In this document: positions 17,636 to 27,811 of the stretch, piece by piece
Numbering within the stretch: position 1 is the first letter of the stretch
Layout: the number at the start of each line of letters is the position of its first letter
Origin: Eubacteriales bacterium
Lineage (GTDB): Bacteria; Bacillota; Clostridia; Oscillospirales; CAG-272
Reading direction: 5' to 3'
Assembly: GCA_045658225.1 (NCBI GenBank)
Contig: JAZOUO010000009.1
Span: 9,456-73,455, forward strand
DNA length: 64,000 nucleotides
The notes under the pieces: model-generated
Told to the model about the DNA's origin: nothing
The model's database searches: none
Seen by the model: only the letters and a program-made list of their open reading frames with translations
Program-made: the position numbers and the translations under genes

Positions 17636-18532
17636 TTATACGAATTCGTTGTAAAGCGAGGTCTCGCTGAGCGCGTCTCTTGAAATGCTGTCAATATCTG
17701 CGACCGCAGAAAGCATACCGCAAATAAGGTCGTAATGCTCGGAGTCCTTGCCTATATCTGACAGTATTCTCTCAAGATATGGTTTTAAGACGTTTAACTC
17801 GTACGCTTGCGTTGTGTCAATATGCACGTCGCACTTGTGGGCGTGCGGAAATATATTTGCGTCCTCATTTCTGCGCACGCTTGCCCACAGGTCAAGGGTG
17901 AAAAGCGGGTCTGCCGCGCGGAAATTACTGTCTCTTACAAGTCGGCGCATAAGTCTCAAATTCTCCTTTGAAACGCAAACGTCTCCTATCTTTATTCCAC
18001 TTTCAGCGCATATATAAATACTCTTACCGTGCATTTGGTGGAGTATTGTCTCAACCTGCGGATAAAGCAGCTGTATGCCCTCAAAAAGCACCACGTCGCC
18101 CTCTGTCATTGTTATCTTTTCGCGACGGTCTCTGTCGCCCGTCTGAAAATCAAATATAGGCTTTTCTGCCTCTCCCTTATTGAAAAGGGTTGTGACGAAA
18201 GAATAAAACTCGTCGGTATCAAAGGTGTCGGGAGAATCGAAATCCACGTTTTTTGGGTCAATAAAATCGTCCTTTGAAAACTGGTCCTTGAAAAAGTCGT
18301 CAAGCGAGATAACGTGCAGCTTTATCCCGTGAGACTCATAATATCCTATGACCTTTTTTGCGGTAGTGGTCTTTCCCGAACACGTAGGTCCTGTAATGCC
18401 TATTATCTTTACGCTGTTGTCCTTGCAGACCTTCTCGACTGTGGTGTTGAGCAGATCGTCAAATTCCCTGTCGCATTTTTTTACAAATGCCTCGTCTATC
18501 GACGCGTGCCCCTTTTTGTATTTTAAGTCCAT
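17636..18532 (-). CDS. uridine kinase / phosphoribulokinase-family nucleoside kinase
   Basis: P-loop IIGITGPTCSGKTTTAKK. I prefer the ATG at 18532 (GGGAGGA RBS) over the TTG at 18535. Confidence 0.65.
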   Translation of the reverse strand: MDLKYKKGHASIDEAFVKKCDREFDDLLNTTVEKVCKDNSVKIIGITGPTCSGKTTTAKKVIGYYESHGIKLHVISLDDFFKDQFSKDDFIDPKNVDFDSPDTFDTDEFYSFVTTLFNKGEAEKPIFDFQTGDRDRREKITMTEGDVVLFEGIQLLYPQVETILHQMHGKSIYICAESGIKIGDVCVSKENLRLMRRLVRDSNFRAADPLFTLDLWASVRRNEDANIFPHAHKCDVHIDTTQAYELNVLKPYLERILSDIGKDSEHYDLICGMLSAVADIDSISRDALSETSLYNEFV

Positions 18533-18598
18533 CAATAAATCCTCCCTGTGAAATAAATACTATAATTATATTATTCCACAGAATCACACTTGCTACAA

Positions 18599-20092
18599 TC
18601 AGACAAGCCCGCGTCTTATATAAAATTCCTCTGCCGCCGCAAGCTTTTCGTCAATTTTATCGTTTGAGAGATACTCGTAAGGATACTTTGCATTGAAAAA
18701 TCTCTCGATAACTCGCTTTTCTCCGTTTGCGGGAGCATAGTCAACAAACTTTGACACCGCGCCTGCGCCCGCCGCAAAAATGGAATGAACCTCCTCCATC
18801 ATGTAGATGTTATAAAGTCCCTCCGTTCCCTCAAGCGCAAAGCCTACGTTTTCGTAGTTGCCGACGGTGTTCTTTTGCCTATACATATAGTAGGGTATGT
18901 AGCCCGCAAATTTAGTCTTTATCTGGGAATAGTCCACGCACTTTCCAACGTCGCCGCCGCGCATGGAGTATATGTTGCTGTCGTGCTTGAGCGCGTCGCA
19001 CGCCTTCTTTACGCTGAATGTATGTACGGTGATATTTTCGGGGCGCAGAGGCAGGAGCTTGTCAAACGACGCCGAGAACGTGGAGAATCTATCTCCGGGA
19101 AGTCCCGCGATAATATCCGTGTTTATTATCGGAATACCCGAGTTTCTCGCCATATCATACGCGCGCAGAAATTCCTCTGTGTTATGCGCTCTGCCTATCT
19201 TTTTTAGCACGTCGTCGTTGAGTATCTGCGGATTTACGCTGACTCTGTTGACTCCGTAAGCCTTGGCAATTCTGAACTTTTCCTGGGTCACAGTATCGGG
19301 TCTGCCCGCCTCAAGCGTATATTCCTCAAGCTTTGATACGTCGATATTCTCTGAAACTGTGCGGAGAAGTCGCTTAAGCTGTACCTCGTTTAAGATTGTG
19401 GGCGTTCCGCCGCCGATATACACGGTCTTGATATTAAGACCAAGCTTTTTTATAAGCTCAAAGGTCTTTACGACCTCAATGTTCAGTCTGTCAAGATAGT
19501 CGGGGATTGTTGCAAGAAGCTTTGGTGAGGTGTAGGACACGAACGAGCAATACGCGCACCTTGTAGGACAGAAAGGCACTGATATATAAACACTGCAGTC
19601 CTTTTTGTCGGGATTTCCGATAATTTTCGCCTCATTGAGCGCAACCTCGGTAGCAAGCGCAGCTTTCTTGGGAATAACGAAATACTCGCTTGAAAGAGTC
19701 TTTTTAACTCTTGTCTTGGGCATTCCTCCCTGAAGCATCTCGGTTGCGACCTTTGAGGGTCTCACGCCAATAAGCATCCCCCACGAGGGACGGTAGCCGA
19801 GTAGCTCGCCGCCCGCCTTGATTATCGCCTCTCCTATGGTTATCTTCTTGAGACGGTCAAGGGTCACTCCCTCCTTGTATTCGCCAAATCTTTCGCACTC
19901 CGCACTCTTTCCGTCGTTTGAGAGCTTGACAAAAACTCTGATACCTGTCTCCTCCTCAGTTAGAGTAAGCTCCAGTGAGGGCGCGTCAACCCTTTCCTGC
20001 TCACTCTCCGAGAAATGCTCTCCCGGGAAAAATATCATGCAAAGCATCTGAACATAATACTGATTTACGTTTCCACTGATATGGACCTTCAT
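18599..20092 (-). CDS. hemZ: HemZ-like radical SAM protein (coproporphyrinogen dehydrogenase family)
   Basis: 497 aa. The N-terminus YYVQMLCMIFFPGEHF is HemZ-like. The Cys motif is VPFCPTRCAYCSF. Confidence 0.75.
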   Translation of the reverse strand: MKVHISGNVNQYYVQMLCMIFFPGEHFSESEQERVDAPSLELTLTEEETGIRVFVKLSNDGKSAECERFGEYKEGVTLDRLKKITIGEAIIKAGGELLGYRPSWGMLIGVRPSKVATEMLQGGMPKTRVKKTLSSEYFVIPKKAALATEVALNEAKIIGNPDKKDCSVYISVPFCPTRCAYCSFVSYTSPKLLATIPDYLDRLNIEVVKTFELIKKLGLNIKTVYIGGGTPTILNEVQLKRLLRTVSENIDVSKLEEYTLEAGRPDTVTQEKFRIAKAYGVNRVSVNPQILNDDVLKKIGRAHNTEEFLRAYDMARNSGIPIINTDIIAGLPGDRFSTFSASFDKLLPLRPENITVHTFSVKKACDALKHDSNIYSMRGGDVGKCVDYSQIKTKFAGYIPYYMYRQKNTVGNYENVGFALEGTEGLYNIYMMEEVHSIFAAGAGAVSKFVDYAPANGEKRVIERFFNAKYPYEYLSNDKIDEKLAAAEEFYIRRGLV

Positions 20093-20123
20093 AATAAAGT
20101 AAAATTCCTTTCTTTTGGACGGC

Positions 20124-20585
20124 TTAGTTTGCTTTCTTTTTCAAAACCTCACTGTCCATAACGATTGTCACGGGCCCGTTATTTGTGAGCGACACCTGCA
20201 TGTGCGCTCCGAACACTCCGCTTCCCACGTGCTTGAGTTCTTTTGACATAAGGGATTTGAAGTGTTCGTAAAGTCTGTTTGCCTCGTCTGGCGGTGCAGA
20301 CTCCATATAGTCAGGGCGGTTTCCGTGCTTGTAATTCGCCATAAGTGTAAACTGCGATATTACAAGCGCTTCTCCTTCTATATCCTTGACCGATAGATTC
20401 ATCTTGTCATTTTCGTCGGTGAAAATACGCAGATTGCATATTTTCTTTGCGAGCAGGTCGGCGTCAAGTTCGCTGTCTCCCTTGGCAACGCCAAGAAGTA
20501 TCATAAGACCCTCTCCGCACTTACCCGTGATGGCTCCGTCGACCTCAACTCTCGCCTCTGTCACTCTTTGAATTACCGCTTTCAT
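20124..20585 (-). CDS. dtd: D-aminoacyl-tRNA deacylase
   Basis: 153 aa. MKAVIQRVTEARVEVDG...GLMILLGV...SQFTL matches Dtd. Confidence 0.9.
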   Translation of the reverse strand: MKAVIQRVTEARVEVDGAITGKCGEGLMILLGVAKGDSELDADLLAKKICNLRIFTDENDKMNLSVKDIEGEALVISQFTLMANYKHGNRPDYMESAPPDEANRLYEHFKSLMSKELKHVGSGVFGAHMQVSLTNNGPVTIVMDSEVLKKKAN

Positions 20586-20614
20586 TTTGTTATCCTGCCA
20601 ATATTTAAGTTTTA

Positions 20615-22837
20615 TCAGGTGTATCCGCGAGCAACGCTATCCACGCCGTCAAGTCCGCGAAGTCTGGACACGATAGAATTGTAATGCTCTATATTTTTAC
20701 AGCTTATTTTGAGATTGATGATGCATCTGCCACCGTTTCTCTTTTGCGAGTTGACGTGAAGTATCGCAACCTTCATATCAGCAAGCGCAACGGCTATATC
20801 CGCAAGCATACCCACTCTGTCCTCTGTAAAGAGCTGCAGATGCGCCTCGTAAACGTTCTTTGCGGAGCTTGCCACCTCGGGCTCTTCCCAATAAGCTTGT
20901 TTCCATCTGTCTGCGTTGCTCGTGTTTTTCTGTCCCTCAATAACGTTGGGACAGTCCTTTTTGTGTATGGATATTCCGTAGCCCTTTGTCACGAATCCTA
21001 TAACCTCGTCGCCCGGTAAGGGGTTGCAGCATTTTGCAAACTTGACCTGACATCCGTATTCTCCGTCAACGACAATTCCGCTGTTAGACTTAAGATGCTT
21101 GGGCTTGGATACGGTCTTTACTACGTCAATCTCTTCCTGTATCGGCTCCGGATCGGGCTCAATATATTTTGATACCTCGTCCTTGAGCTTTGCGGAGAAT
21201 TTGTGCATAGAAACCCCGCTGTATCCCAGCGCGTTGTACAGGTCGTCTGCCGACATAAAGCCAAGCTTTTGAGCTACGGCGGTCATACAGTCAAGTCTCT
21301 TCTGCTCGGAGAGTCTTACGGGGAATTTTTTGAATTCCGCATCAGCGACTCCGCGACCAACAACAATGTTCTCTGCCTTAGTCTCTTTTTTGAACCACTG
21401 TCTTATTTTGCCTCTTGCTTCGCTTGTCTTTACGATATTTATCCAATCTCGTCCGGGACCCTTCATAGTCGAGGACGTGATTATCTCAATTATCTCACCG
21501 TTGTGTACTACTCTGTCGATAGGAACTATAGTTCCGTTTATCTTCGCGCCCATCATTCTATTTCCTACTGCGGAATGTATGGCGTATGCAAAGTCAATAA
21601 CGGTTGCTCCCTGCGGTAGAGATATAACATCACCCTTGGGGGTGAAAACAAACACCTCATCGCGGAAAATATCGGTCTTAAGCGCGTTCATAAACTCGTC
21701 GGGGTCACGAGTCTCGTCCTCTGCCTCGATAAGTCTGGATATCCACTCAAGCTTCTTGTCCATATCCTCCTTGGAGGATGCGCCCGACTTATACTTCCAG
21801 TGCGCCGCCACACCGTACTCGGCTATGTGGTGCATCTCGTGAGTTCTTATCTGTACCTCAAACGGAATTCCGTCGCGTCCTATGACCGTGGTGTGAAGTG
21901 AACGGTACATATTAGGCTTTGGTGTCGAGATGTAGTCCTTAAATCTGCCCGGGATGGAATTAAACATCTCGTGGATTATACCGAGAGACGCATAGCACTC
22001 AAGCTCGGTATCCACGATTATTCGCAAGGCGTAAAAGTCGTATATTTCATCGAAGCTCTTGTTCTGATTATACATCTTTTTATAGATGCTGTACGGAGTC
22101 TTTATTCTGCCCTCAAGCACGAAATGTATTCCGTTTTCGGTAAGCTTTTCGGATATGGAGCTTCTTATATTTTCGATAAAATCAAGGCTTGCTCCGTATC
22201 GGCTTTCCATATGCTCCATTACCTCGGCATATCCTATGGGGTCGAGATAACGAAGTCCAAGATTTTCAAGCTCCTGTTTTATCTTCTGAATACCAAGTCT
22301 GTGAGCCAAGGGTGCGTACACCTGCATTGTCTCAAGTGCGGTAAGTCTGCGTTTCTCCTCTTTTTTTGCGTCCAGCGTACGCATATTGTGAAGTCGGTCG
22401 CAGAGCTTGATAAATATGACTCTTACGTCCTTGGACATAGCGAGAAGCATCTTTCGGAGATTCTCGATATGCTCCTCTTCTTTATCGTCAAGGTCGAGAG
22501 CTACAAGCTTTGTAAGTCCGTCAACTAAAAGCGCCACGTCCTTGCCAAAAAGCTTTTCTATTTCCTTGAGATTGGTCTTTTCAGAGCAGTCCTCAACGGT
22601 GTCGTGAAGCAGCGCAGCGCATATAGAGTCTGTATCAAGTCCAAGACTTGCAACTATCTCAGCAACCGCGACGGGATGCGAAATATACGGCTCTCCGCTT
22701 GCTCTGAACTGTCCTTCGTGCAAAGCATTTGCATAATCAAAAGCTCTTTGTATTTTTTCCGTATCGTATTTTTTGCCCGTTGCTTCAAGCATTTCAAACA
22801 ACGCGGCAGTATTTATATGAGGCGTGGTCTCTATCAT
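20615..22837 (-). CDS. relA: bifunctional (p)ppGpp synthetase/hydrolase RelA/SpoT
   Basis: 740 aa. HD domain (HPVAVAEIV...LLHDTVEDC), synthetase motif (YRSLHTTV), and TGS and ACT regions. Confidence 0.95.
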   Translation of the reverse strand: MIETTPHINTAALFEMLEATGKKYDTEKIQRAFDYANALHEGQFRASGEPYISHPVAVAEIVASLGLDTDSICAALLHDTVEDCSEKTNLKEIEKLFGKDVALLVDGLTKLVALDLDDKEEEHIENLRKMLLAMSKDVRVIFIKLCDRLHNMRTLDAKKEEKRRLTALETMQVYAPLAHRLGIQKIKQELENLGLRYLDPIGYAEVMEHMESRYGASLDFIENIRSSISEKLTENGIHFVLEGRIKTPYSIYKKMYNQNKSFDEIYDFYALRIIVDTELECYASLGIIHEMFNSIPGRFKDYISTPKPNMYRSLHTTVIGRDGIPFEVQIRTHEMHHIAEYGVAAHWKYKSGASSKEDMDKKLEWISRLIEAEDETRDPDEFMNALKTDIFRDEVFVFTPKGDVISLPQGATVIDFAYAIHSAVGNRMMGAKINGTIVPIDRVVHNGEIIEIITSSTMKGPGRDWINIVKTSEARGKIRQWFKKETKAENIVVGRGVADAEFKKFPVRLSEQKRLDCMTAVAQKLGFMSADDLYNALGYSGVSMHKFSAKLKDEVSKYIEPDPEPIQEEIDVVKTVSKPKHLKSNSGIVVDGEYGCQVKFAKCCNPLPGDEVIGFVTKGYGISIHKKDCPNVIEGQKNTSNADRWKQAYWEEPEVASSAKNVYEAHLQLFTEDRVGMLADIAVALADMKVAILHVNSQKRNGGRCIINLKISCKNIEHYNSIVSRLRGLDGVDSVARGYT

Positions 22838-22873
22838 TTTTGCCCCTCCCGTGTAAAACTTAGGGGCAATATT

Positions 22874-25072
22874 TCACCCCTTACGATTGGCTACAAGCAT
22901 TTTTAAGGTATGTGAGCTCTCAATGCTTGTTTTCTGAGCGTTTTCACAAATTTGTATTTCAAATATATCTCCCGATATTTCGGTCACGCTCATAACCCTA
23001 ATATCTACAAGAACATCAAGAATAAATCTCAACTTTATATAGTTTATTTCTCTGTCAAGGCAAGTGTCAATTCGGGATTTAAGCGTTCTGTAGGAGAACA
23101 CGGAATGTCCGAGCCCTATCTCATAACGCAAAAATCTGTATACCGCCGCGACTTCGTCTCTGGTCGGAACTATATCCTCGGACAAAGAAAATTCTTCTCC
23201 GCCAGATATTCTTAAATATCTGTCATTCTCAATAATTCTCTGACTCTCAAAATTCTTGGACATTCTGATGTCCTGAAGAATAAACTGAAGCGATTTTACT
23301 CCGCGGAATTCGTTTATGCCAAGTCGGCACAAAATATCTACTCTCTCGCCACGCAAAAAGTCAAGCTTGGAGGCTGACACACCAAAGCATACCGCACTGA
23401 TGCCGCTTGCCTCTCCCATAAAGAAGATCTTACTGTGATTGCCCGCACCGAGAGATATTATCTTGTCTATCTCAAGGTCGCGCACAAGAAATAGAGGTGC
23501 GGGATTTGAAACTCCAAACGGCTCAAGCATATCTATCTCTTGCACAAGTGACATAGTCACCTCGTCGGGAGTTATCTCGCAATCCGCCTCGTATCTTATT
23601 TTTATGTCCTCATCGGTAAGATGCTGCCAGGCATATTCATTTATTTTTCTTCTGAATGTATCCACGTTTCCGCGTCTGACCGAGAGTCCTGCTGCAAGCT
23701 CGTGTCCGCCGAACTTTTCAAGAATGTCCTCGCAATGACTGAGCGCGCCTACAAGATTAAGTCCCTTGATGCTTCTGCCCGAGCCCTTTCCTATGTCGTC
23801 AGGGCTTGCAAAGCCACGTGTCGCGCCCTCGTAGGAAATGAGTATAGACGGAAGACCGTATTTCTCGGTTATTCTTGAGGAAACTATACCAATTATTCCT
23901 TGCTGCCAGGAATCAGCATCAAGAATGATGACTCTGTCCTTTTCAAAGTCGTGAGTCTGCTCTATCATTTTATATGCCTGCTCGGCTATTCTGTTCTCCT
24001 CAACCTGACGGCAAAGATTTATCTCGCAAAGTTCTCGTGCCTTCTCGAGCGCCTTATCATAATCCTCACACAAAAGAAGCTCAACCGCCTTCTCCGCGGA
24101 GCTTATACGTCCCGCCGCATTTATTCTGGGCGCTAACGTAAATCCGATAAATCCTGTATTCACCTTGCGCTTTTTAGGCTTTTGCGCGTGTCCCACCGCA
24201 GGCTGTGAATTTGAATCGGTGGAGCTTGCAGTCTCAATAAGGGCTGCTAATCCGCATCTGTCAGTGACGGATATTTTTTTAATGCCCATATCAACTATAA
24301 ACCTATTCTCGTCACACACGGGCATAACGTCAGCTACAGTGCCTATCGCAACAAGGTCAACGTAATCTTTACATATATTACGCCAGCACTCTACCGCCGA
24401 AAGCTCGGGATGCATATACTGCTCAAACGCGCATACAAGCTTGAACACCACTCCAACTCCGGCAAGCTCCTTGAAGGGATATTCGCAGTCGGGTCTATGG
24501 GGGTTAACTACCGCCTCTGCCAAAGGAAGTGTAGCGTGGCACTCGTGGTGGTCGGTGACTACCGTATCTATTCCGAGTTCCTTTGCGTATTCCACCTCGC
24601 CGTTTGCAGTAATTCCCGTATCAACAGTAATAATAAGCTTAGTTCCACGCTCGCAAAGCTTGTCTATACCAAGCTTTGAGATGCCGTATCCCTCCTTGTT
24701 TCGTGAGGGAATATAGTAATCTATTTTTGCGCCCTGTGACTTTAAATAAAGGTACGCAAGGCTTACCGAGGTCACGCCGTCAACGTCATAATCTCCGTAA
24801 ACGGTTATGTTCTCCCCTGTCTCAATTGCTCTTGCTATTCTCTCAACAGCAAGGCGCATATCCTTCATAAAATAAGGATTGTGAAGGCTACTAACGTCTG
24901 TATATATGAAGGCTTTCGCCTCATCAGACGACGTATATCCTCGTGTATATATAAGCTTTGCGGTTATGGGAGAGATATCAAGCTCCGCAGCCAAGCGCAA
25001 AACAGCCTCTCTTGACTCCGCGCTCTCCACATAACGCAAGGACCATATTTTTTCTTTATCCGTATAATTCAT
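22874..25072 (-). CDS. recJ: single-stranded-DNA-specific exonuclease RecJ
   Basis: 732 aa. DHH motifs are YGDYDVDGVTS, DTGIT and TDHH. The DHHA1 motif is GGHELAAG. Confidence 0.9.
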   Translation of the reverse strand: MNYTDKEKIWSLRYVESAESREAVLRLAAELDISPITAKLIYTRGYTSSDEAKAFIYTDVSSLHNPYFMKDMRLAVERIARAIETGENITVYGDYDVDGVTSVSLAYLYLKSQGAKIDYYIPSRNKEGYGISKLGIDKLCERGTKLIITVDTGITANGEVEYAKELGIDTVVTDHHECHATLPLAEAVVNPHRPDCEYPFKELAGVGVVFKLVCAFEQYMHPELSAVECWRNICKDYVDLVAIGTVADVMPVCDENRFIVDMGIKKISVTDRCGLAALIETASSTDSNSQPAVGHAQKPKKRKVNTGFIGFTLAPRINAAGRISSAEKAVELLLCEDYDKALEKARELCEINLCRQVEENRIAEQAYKMIEQTHDFEKDRVIILDADSWQQGIIGIVSSRITEKYGLPSILISYEGATRGFASPDDIGKGSGRSIKGLNLVGALSHCEDILEKFGGHELAAGLSVRRGNVDTFRRKINEYAWQHLTDEDIKIRYEADCEITPDEVTMSLVQEIDMLEPFGVSNPAPLFLVRDLEIDKIISLGAGNHSKIFFMGEASGISAVCFGVSASKLDFLRGERVDILCRLGINEFRGVKSLQFILQDIRMSKNFESQRIIENDRYLRISGGEEFSLSEDIVPTRDEVAAVYRFLRYEIGLGHSVFSYRTLKSRIDTCLDREINYIKLRFILDVLVDIRVMSVTEISGDIFEIQICENAQKTSIESSHTLKMLVANRKG

Positions 25073-25151
25073 TTCTACTCCAAAAGCTCAAACATACCAA
25101 AAATAAGTATCCATCGGCATACTTACTCGGCATAAGCTCCGTAAATCATCT

Positions 25152-26771
25152 TTATATTTTCTTGTATTTTTTAATTATTGCAAGAGCAGCTTTTATTCCG
25201 TCAACTGCGGCACTTGTGATTCCTCCCGCGTAGCCTGCTCCCTCTCCGCATGGGTAGATTGCGCTATGACCTATAGCGCTCATGTCCTCTGTCCTCAGTA
25301 TTCTTACAGGCGCTGACGTTCTGGTCTCCGCACCCGTGAGTATTGCGCTCCCATCTGCAAATCCGCAAAATCTTCTGTCAAACGACTGTATTCCGTATTT
25401 TAAATGTCTGGTCACAAAATCAGGCAAAATCTCGTTCATATCTGCAACATTACATTTGCCTCCCATATAAGTGGGTGTGACCTTTGAGGGCATACTACCG
25501 CGCGTGCCCGAGAGAAAATCTCCTACCGTCTGCATAGGAGCGCTGTAATCTCTGCCGCCTGCAACATAAGCCGCCTTTTCAATTTTTCTCTGAAATTCTA
25601 TTGCTCCAAGCGCAAGATTGCCCTCGTATGCTTCAAAATCATCGGGGCGCACGGACACTGCTATCGCGGAATTTGAGTTTCTGCCGTCACGCGCATATTT
25701 ACTCATACCGTTTACAACAACAGTTTCCTCCTCTGATGCCGCGCCTACTACCTCGCCGCCAGGGCACATACAAAAGGTATATACTCCCCTCTCACTCTTT
25801 GTGTCGGACAATGCGTACTCCGCAGCGCCAAGTGCGTGGTGTCCCGCAAAATTCCCGTAAAGCATATTTTCTATATCCTCTCGGAGATGCTCTATTCTAA
25901 CACCCACAGAAATAGGCTTGGGTGAAATAGCAAAGCTCTTTTCAATGAGCATTTTATAGGTGTCTCTCGCGCTGTGTCCAAGAGCAAGAACTACATCACC
26001 GCAGAGAAAATCTCCTTTGGTAGTAGTCATTTTTATATTGCCGTCACTCAGCTCGGTAATATCCGTCATTCTGCATCGGTATATCACCTCTCCGCCAAGC
26101 TCCTTTATACGTTTGAGGATATTATCTACTACAACTCGTAAGATATCCGTTCCGATATGTGGCTTTGCCTTGAGAGTTATATCCTCTGGCGCGCCGAATT
26201 TTTTAAATGTATCAAGTACGTATGAGCATTTTTCATCGTTTATTCTCGTGATAAGCTTTCCGTCGGAAAATGTTCCTGCGCCGCCTGCGCCAAACTGAAT
26301 GTTTGAATCAGCATCAAGCTTGCCGTCAGAATAAAATTTATCAACTGCCAATACTCTGTCAGTCACACAGTCGCCACGGTCAATAATTATAGGACGATAG
26401 CCCTGCTCCGCCAGCATAAGAGCGCAGAACATTCCCGCAGGGCCCATTCCCACGACCATAGGACGCGCGGACATCTCTCGGTCACCGTATTCAAACTCCA
26501 TCTCAAGATTGCGAATTTTTCGCGCGCCGAGCTTGTCAACTATCTTTTGAGAAAGCCGTTTGCCCTCGACTGCTGATACTGCAATCGAATATACTAGCCT
26601 CACGTCCTGTCGTTTTCTTGCATCAACCGACTTTTTGAATATGGACAGTTCGTAATCTTTGCTTGAAACGCCAAGCTTGTCCAGCCTTCTTTTGACCACA
26701 TTCAACGCTTCAGTCTCTCCCCTATCGGGCGAGACTGATATGGCGTCTATTATATATTTTTCTTTGTTCAT
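25152..26771 (-). CDS. FAD-dependent oxidoreductase (COG2509-like)
   Basis: 539 aa. Dinucleotide-binding motif VVGMGPAGMFCALMLAEQG. Confidence 0.7.
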   Translation of the reverse strand: MNKEKYIIDAISVSPDRGETEALNVVKRRLDKLGVSSKDYELSIFKKSVDARKRQDVRLVYSIAVSAVEGKRLSQKIVDKLGARKIRNLEMEFEYGDREMSARPMVVGMGPAGMFCALMLAEQGYRPIIIDRGDCVTDRVLAVDKFYSDGKLDADSNIQFGAGGAGTFSDGKLITRINDEKCSYVLDTFKKFGAPEDITLKAKPHIGTDILRVVVDNILKRIKELGGEVIYRCRMTDITELSDGNIKMTTTKGDFLCGDVVLALGHSARDTYKMLIEKSFAISPKPISVGVRIEHLREDIENMLYGNFAGHHALGAAEYALSDTKSERGVYTFCMCPGGEVVGAASEEETVVVNGMSKYARDGRNSNSAIAVSVRPDDFEAYEGNLALGAIEFQRKIEKAAYVAGGRDYSAPMQTVGDFLSGTRGSMPSKVTPTYMGGKCNVADMNEILPDFVTRHLKYGIQSFDRRFCGFADGSAILTGAETRTSAPVRILRTEDMSAIGHSAIYPCGEGAGYAGGITSAAVDGIKAALAIIKKYKKI

Positions 26772-27811
26772 TACGTTGTGGGCTGAGTGGTAGCTAAGCT
26801 TTCGGTTATATGCACCGTGACCGTGATCTCATCCGCCTCAAGCTTTACTCCCTCGGGATAACCCAGCTGCTTGGCGGTAATGATGACTTCGTGGTCACCC
26901 ACACCCTTGTCTCCCATATCAATTATGTAATCCGAAAGCGCATTGAGCATTTCGGGGTCACCTATTACATTTGCTGTGACAGGATCTACGGTATATATAT
27001 AATTTGCAAAATTACCTATAGCCTTTATCTTCAGCACCACAGGTGCTTTTACAGATACGTGTATTTTCATATTGCTGGTATCGTAGCTTATAGAATTGGG
27101 TGACATTTCGTTGCTGTTGTTTATAATTATGGGCTCACCATTCTTGTTATAGAAATTCAGAGAAAAACCGGATATAGTCTTACTCTTATTAAATTCACCC
27201 TCTATCACATGCTCGGCTCTTGTAATCTCATCCACGAGCGTCTTGGGACCCTTAATGGTTATATTCTTTACACCGTCCTCAAGCTCATGCGAAACCTGAT
27301 AATTTGCATTATGCGTTATATTTCCCTGCTTTATTTCAAGTGGAACTACGGCTTCCGTTGCAACATCCGCATAAACCGATACCGCATCAATATCTGTGCT
27401 CAAAATAGTAAGACTGGAATTCTCCGGAGCTGTTGTAATTATTTTTACGGTAGACCAGCCCACAGAATCTATCTGGCTTACATCGATATACGCCGAATAA
27501 TCCGATGCGCTATATTTATTTATATCTCTGTTAGTTCCCTTGACCGTTATCTTTATCTCGGGTACATTGCTCATTGAATACATAGACATACCGTCGCTCA
27601 TACTTTCTGCGCCAATGACGTTAAGCTTTACTGAAAACGTGGCTGTGACATCACTCTCGTTAATATTTACGCAGTATATCCATATAGTGATTGCAAAAAG
27701 CAAGCACAAAAGTCTGGGGAAAAGGTCGATGCGTCTGTTTCTTTGACTTCCGATAACTACAGACTCGCGCCCTTTTTCATCGCGCTCTTTTTGGAAATCC
27801 ATTTGCTTCAT
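26771..27811 (-). CDS. cdaR: YbbR-domain protein, CdaA regulator CdaR
   Basis: 346 aa with an N-terminal TM and repeated beta-rich YbbR-like segments. Translationally coupled downstream of cdaA. Confidence 0.7.
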   Translation of the reverse strand: MKQMDFQKERDEKGRESVVIGSQRNRRIDLFPRLLCLLFAITIWIYCVNINESDVTATFSVKLNVIGAESMSDGMSMYSMSNVPEIKITVKGTNRDINKYSASDYSAYIDVSQIDSVGWSTVKIITTAPENSSLTILSTDIDAVSVYADVATEAVVPLEIKQGNITHNANYQVSHELEDGVKNITIKGPKTLVDEITRAEHVIEGEFNKSKTISGFSLNFYNKNGEPIIINNSNEMSPNSISYDTSNMKIHVSVKAPVVLKIKAIGNFANYIYTVDPVTANVIGDPEMLNALSDYIIDMGDKGVGDHEVIITAKQLGYPEGVKLEADEITVTVHITESLATTQPTT